Source of the DNA: Naegleria gruberi
Lineage: Eukaryota
Reading direction: 5' to 3' (one strand)
Assembly: GCA_000004985.1 (NCBI GenBank)
Contig: GG739093.1
DNA: 8,057 bases
In this document: positions 7,817 to 8,057 of the stretch, in pieces
Layout: each line of letters opens with the position of its first letter
Position numbering within the stretch: position 1 is the first letter of the stretch
Position numbers and translations under genes: made by a program
The notes under the pieces: model-generated
Told to the model about the DNA's origin: nothing
Seen by the model: the letters and a program-made list of their open reading frames with translations, nothing else
Database searches by the model: none

Positions 7817-8057
7817 TTATAACATGTAAGAAACATTTCCTTGATATTGTCTATCACCAGCATCACCTAAACCAGGTACAATATAACCATGTTCATTTAA
7901 AATAGAATCAACACCACAACAATAAACATCAACATCTGGATGTGCTAAATTAACATTCTTAATACCAACATGTGCTGCTAAAATACACATAAATATTACC
8001 TTTTTAACTCCCCATTGTTTAATACGTTCAATAGTTGCAACTGCACTACCACCTGTG
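7817..8057 (-). CDS. uprt: 3' portion (79 codons + stop) of uracil phosphoribosyltransferase; the gene continues beyond the window's right edge
   Basis: Minus-strand translation from 8056 reads [79 protein letters not shown]. This matches the UPRTase C-terminus; E. coli Upp has ...ATGGSVIATIDLLKKAG...[54 protein letters not shown]. It includes the PRPP-binding ATGGS motif and the conserved YI(V/I)PGLGDAGDR motif. It is absent from the ORF track because it has no Met in the window. Confidence 0.85.
   Translation of the reverse strand, partial: [79 protein letters not shown]

Noticed and set aside
1-8057. Prokaryotic-style interpretation (operons, Shine-Dalgarno, Rho-independent terminators, CRISPR, IS elements)
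   Set aside because: Base composition, AATAAA signals, the A-rich ATG context, poly-Asn coding microsatellites and the identity of the genes (MCM6) all indicate a eukaryotic (dictyostelid) nuclear locus. No direct-repeat/spacer arrays, inverted terminal repeats or transposase ORFs are visible in the unmasked 2.85 kb.

Overview
AT-rich (about 75-80% A+T) nuclear DNA typical of a dictyostelid amoeba (Dictyostelium-like). The evidence is AAT/CAA coding microsatellites, poly-Asn/Thr/Ser low-complexity protein tails, A-rich context before ATGs and very short intergenic spacers. Positions 1806..7010 (5,205 nt) are an uninterrupted run of N, so only about 2.85 kb of the window is readable. The long ORFs that the six-frame track draws through the N run are artefacts. 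The readable DNA carries five features. (1) A 5'-partial + strand CDS (<2..1441) encodes a low-complexity protein with three copies of a C/S-T-F-K-P motif. (2) The 5' end of a + strand gene (1534..) has a protein-kinase-like N-terminus and runs into the gap. (3) The 5' end of a - strand gene (7524..7011) has an N-terminus that matches MCM6, and its promoter holds two near-consensus E2F-type sites. (4) The 3' end of a - strand uracil phosphoribosyltransferase gene lies at 7817..8057. (5) Putative poly(A) signals and a TATA-like element fill the two tiny intergenic spacers. Nothing in the visible sequence looks prokaryotic, mobile or CRISPR-like. Any unusual system would have to lie inside the masked 5.2 kb.
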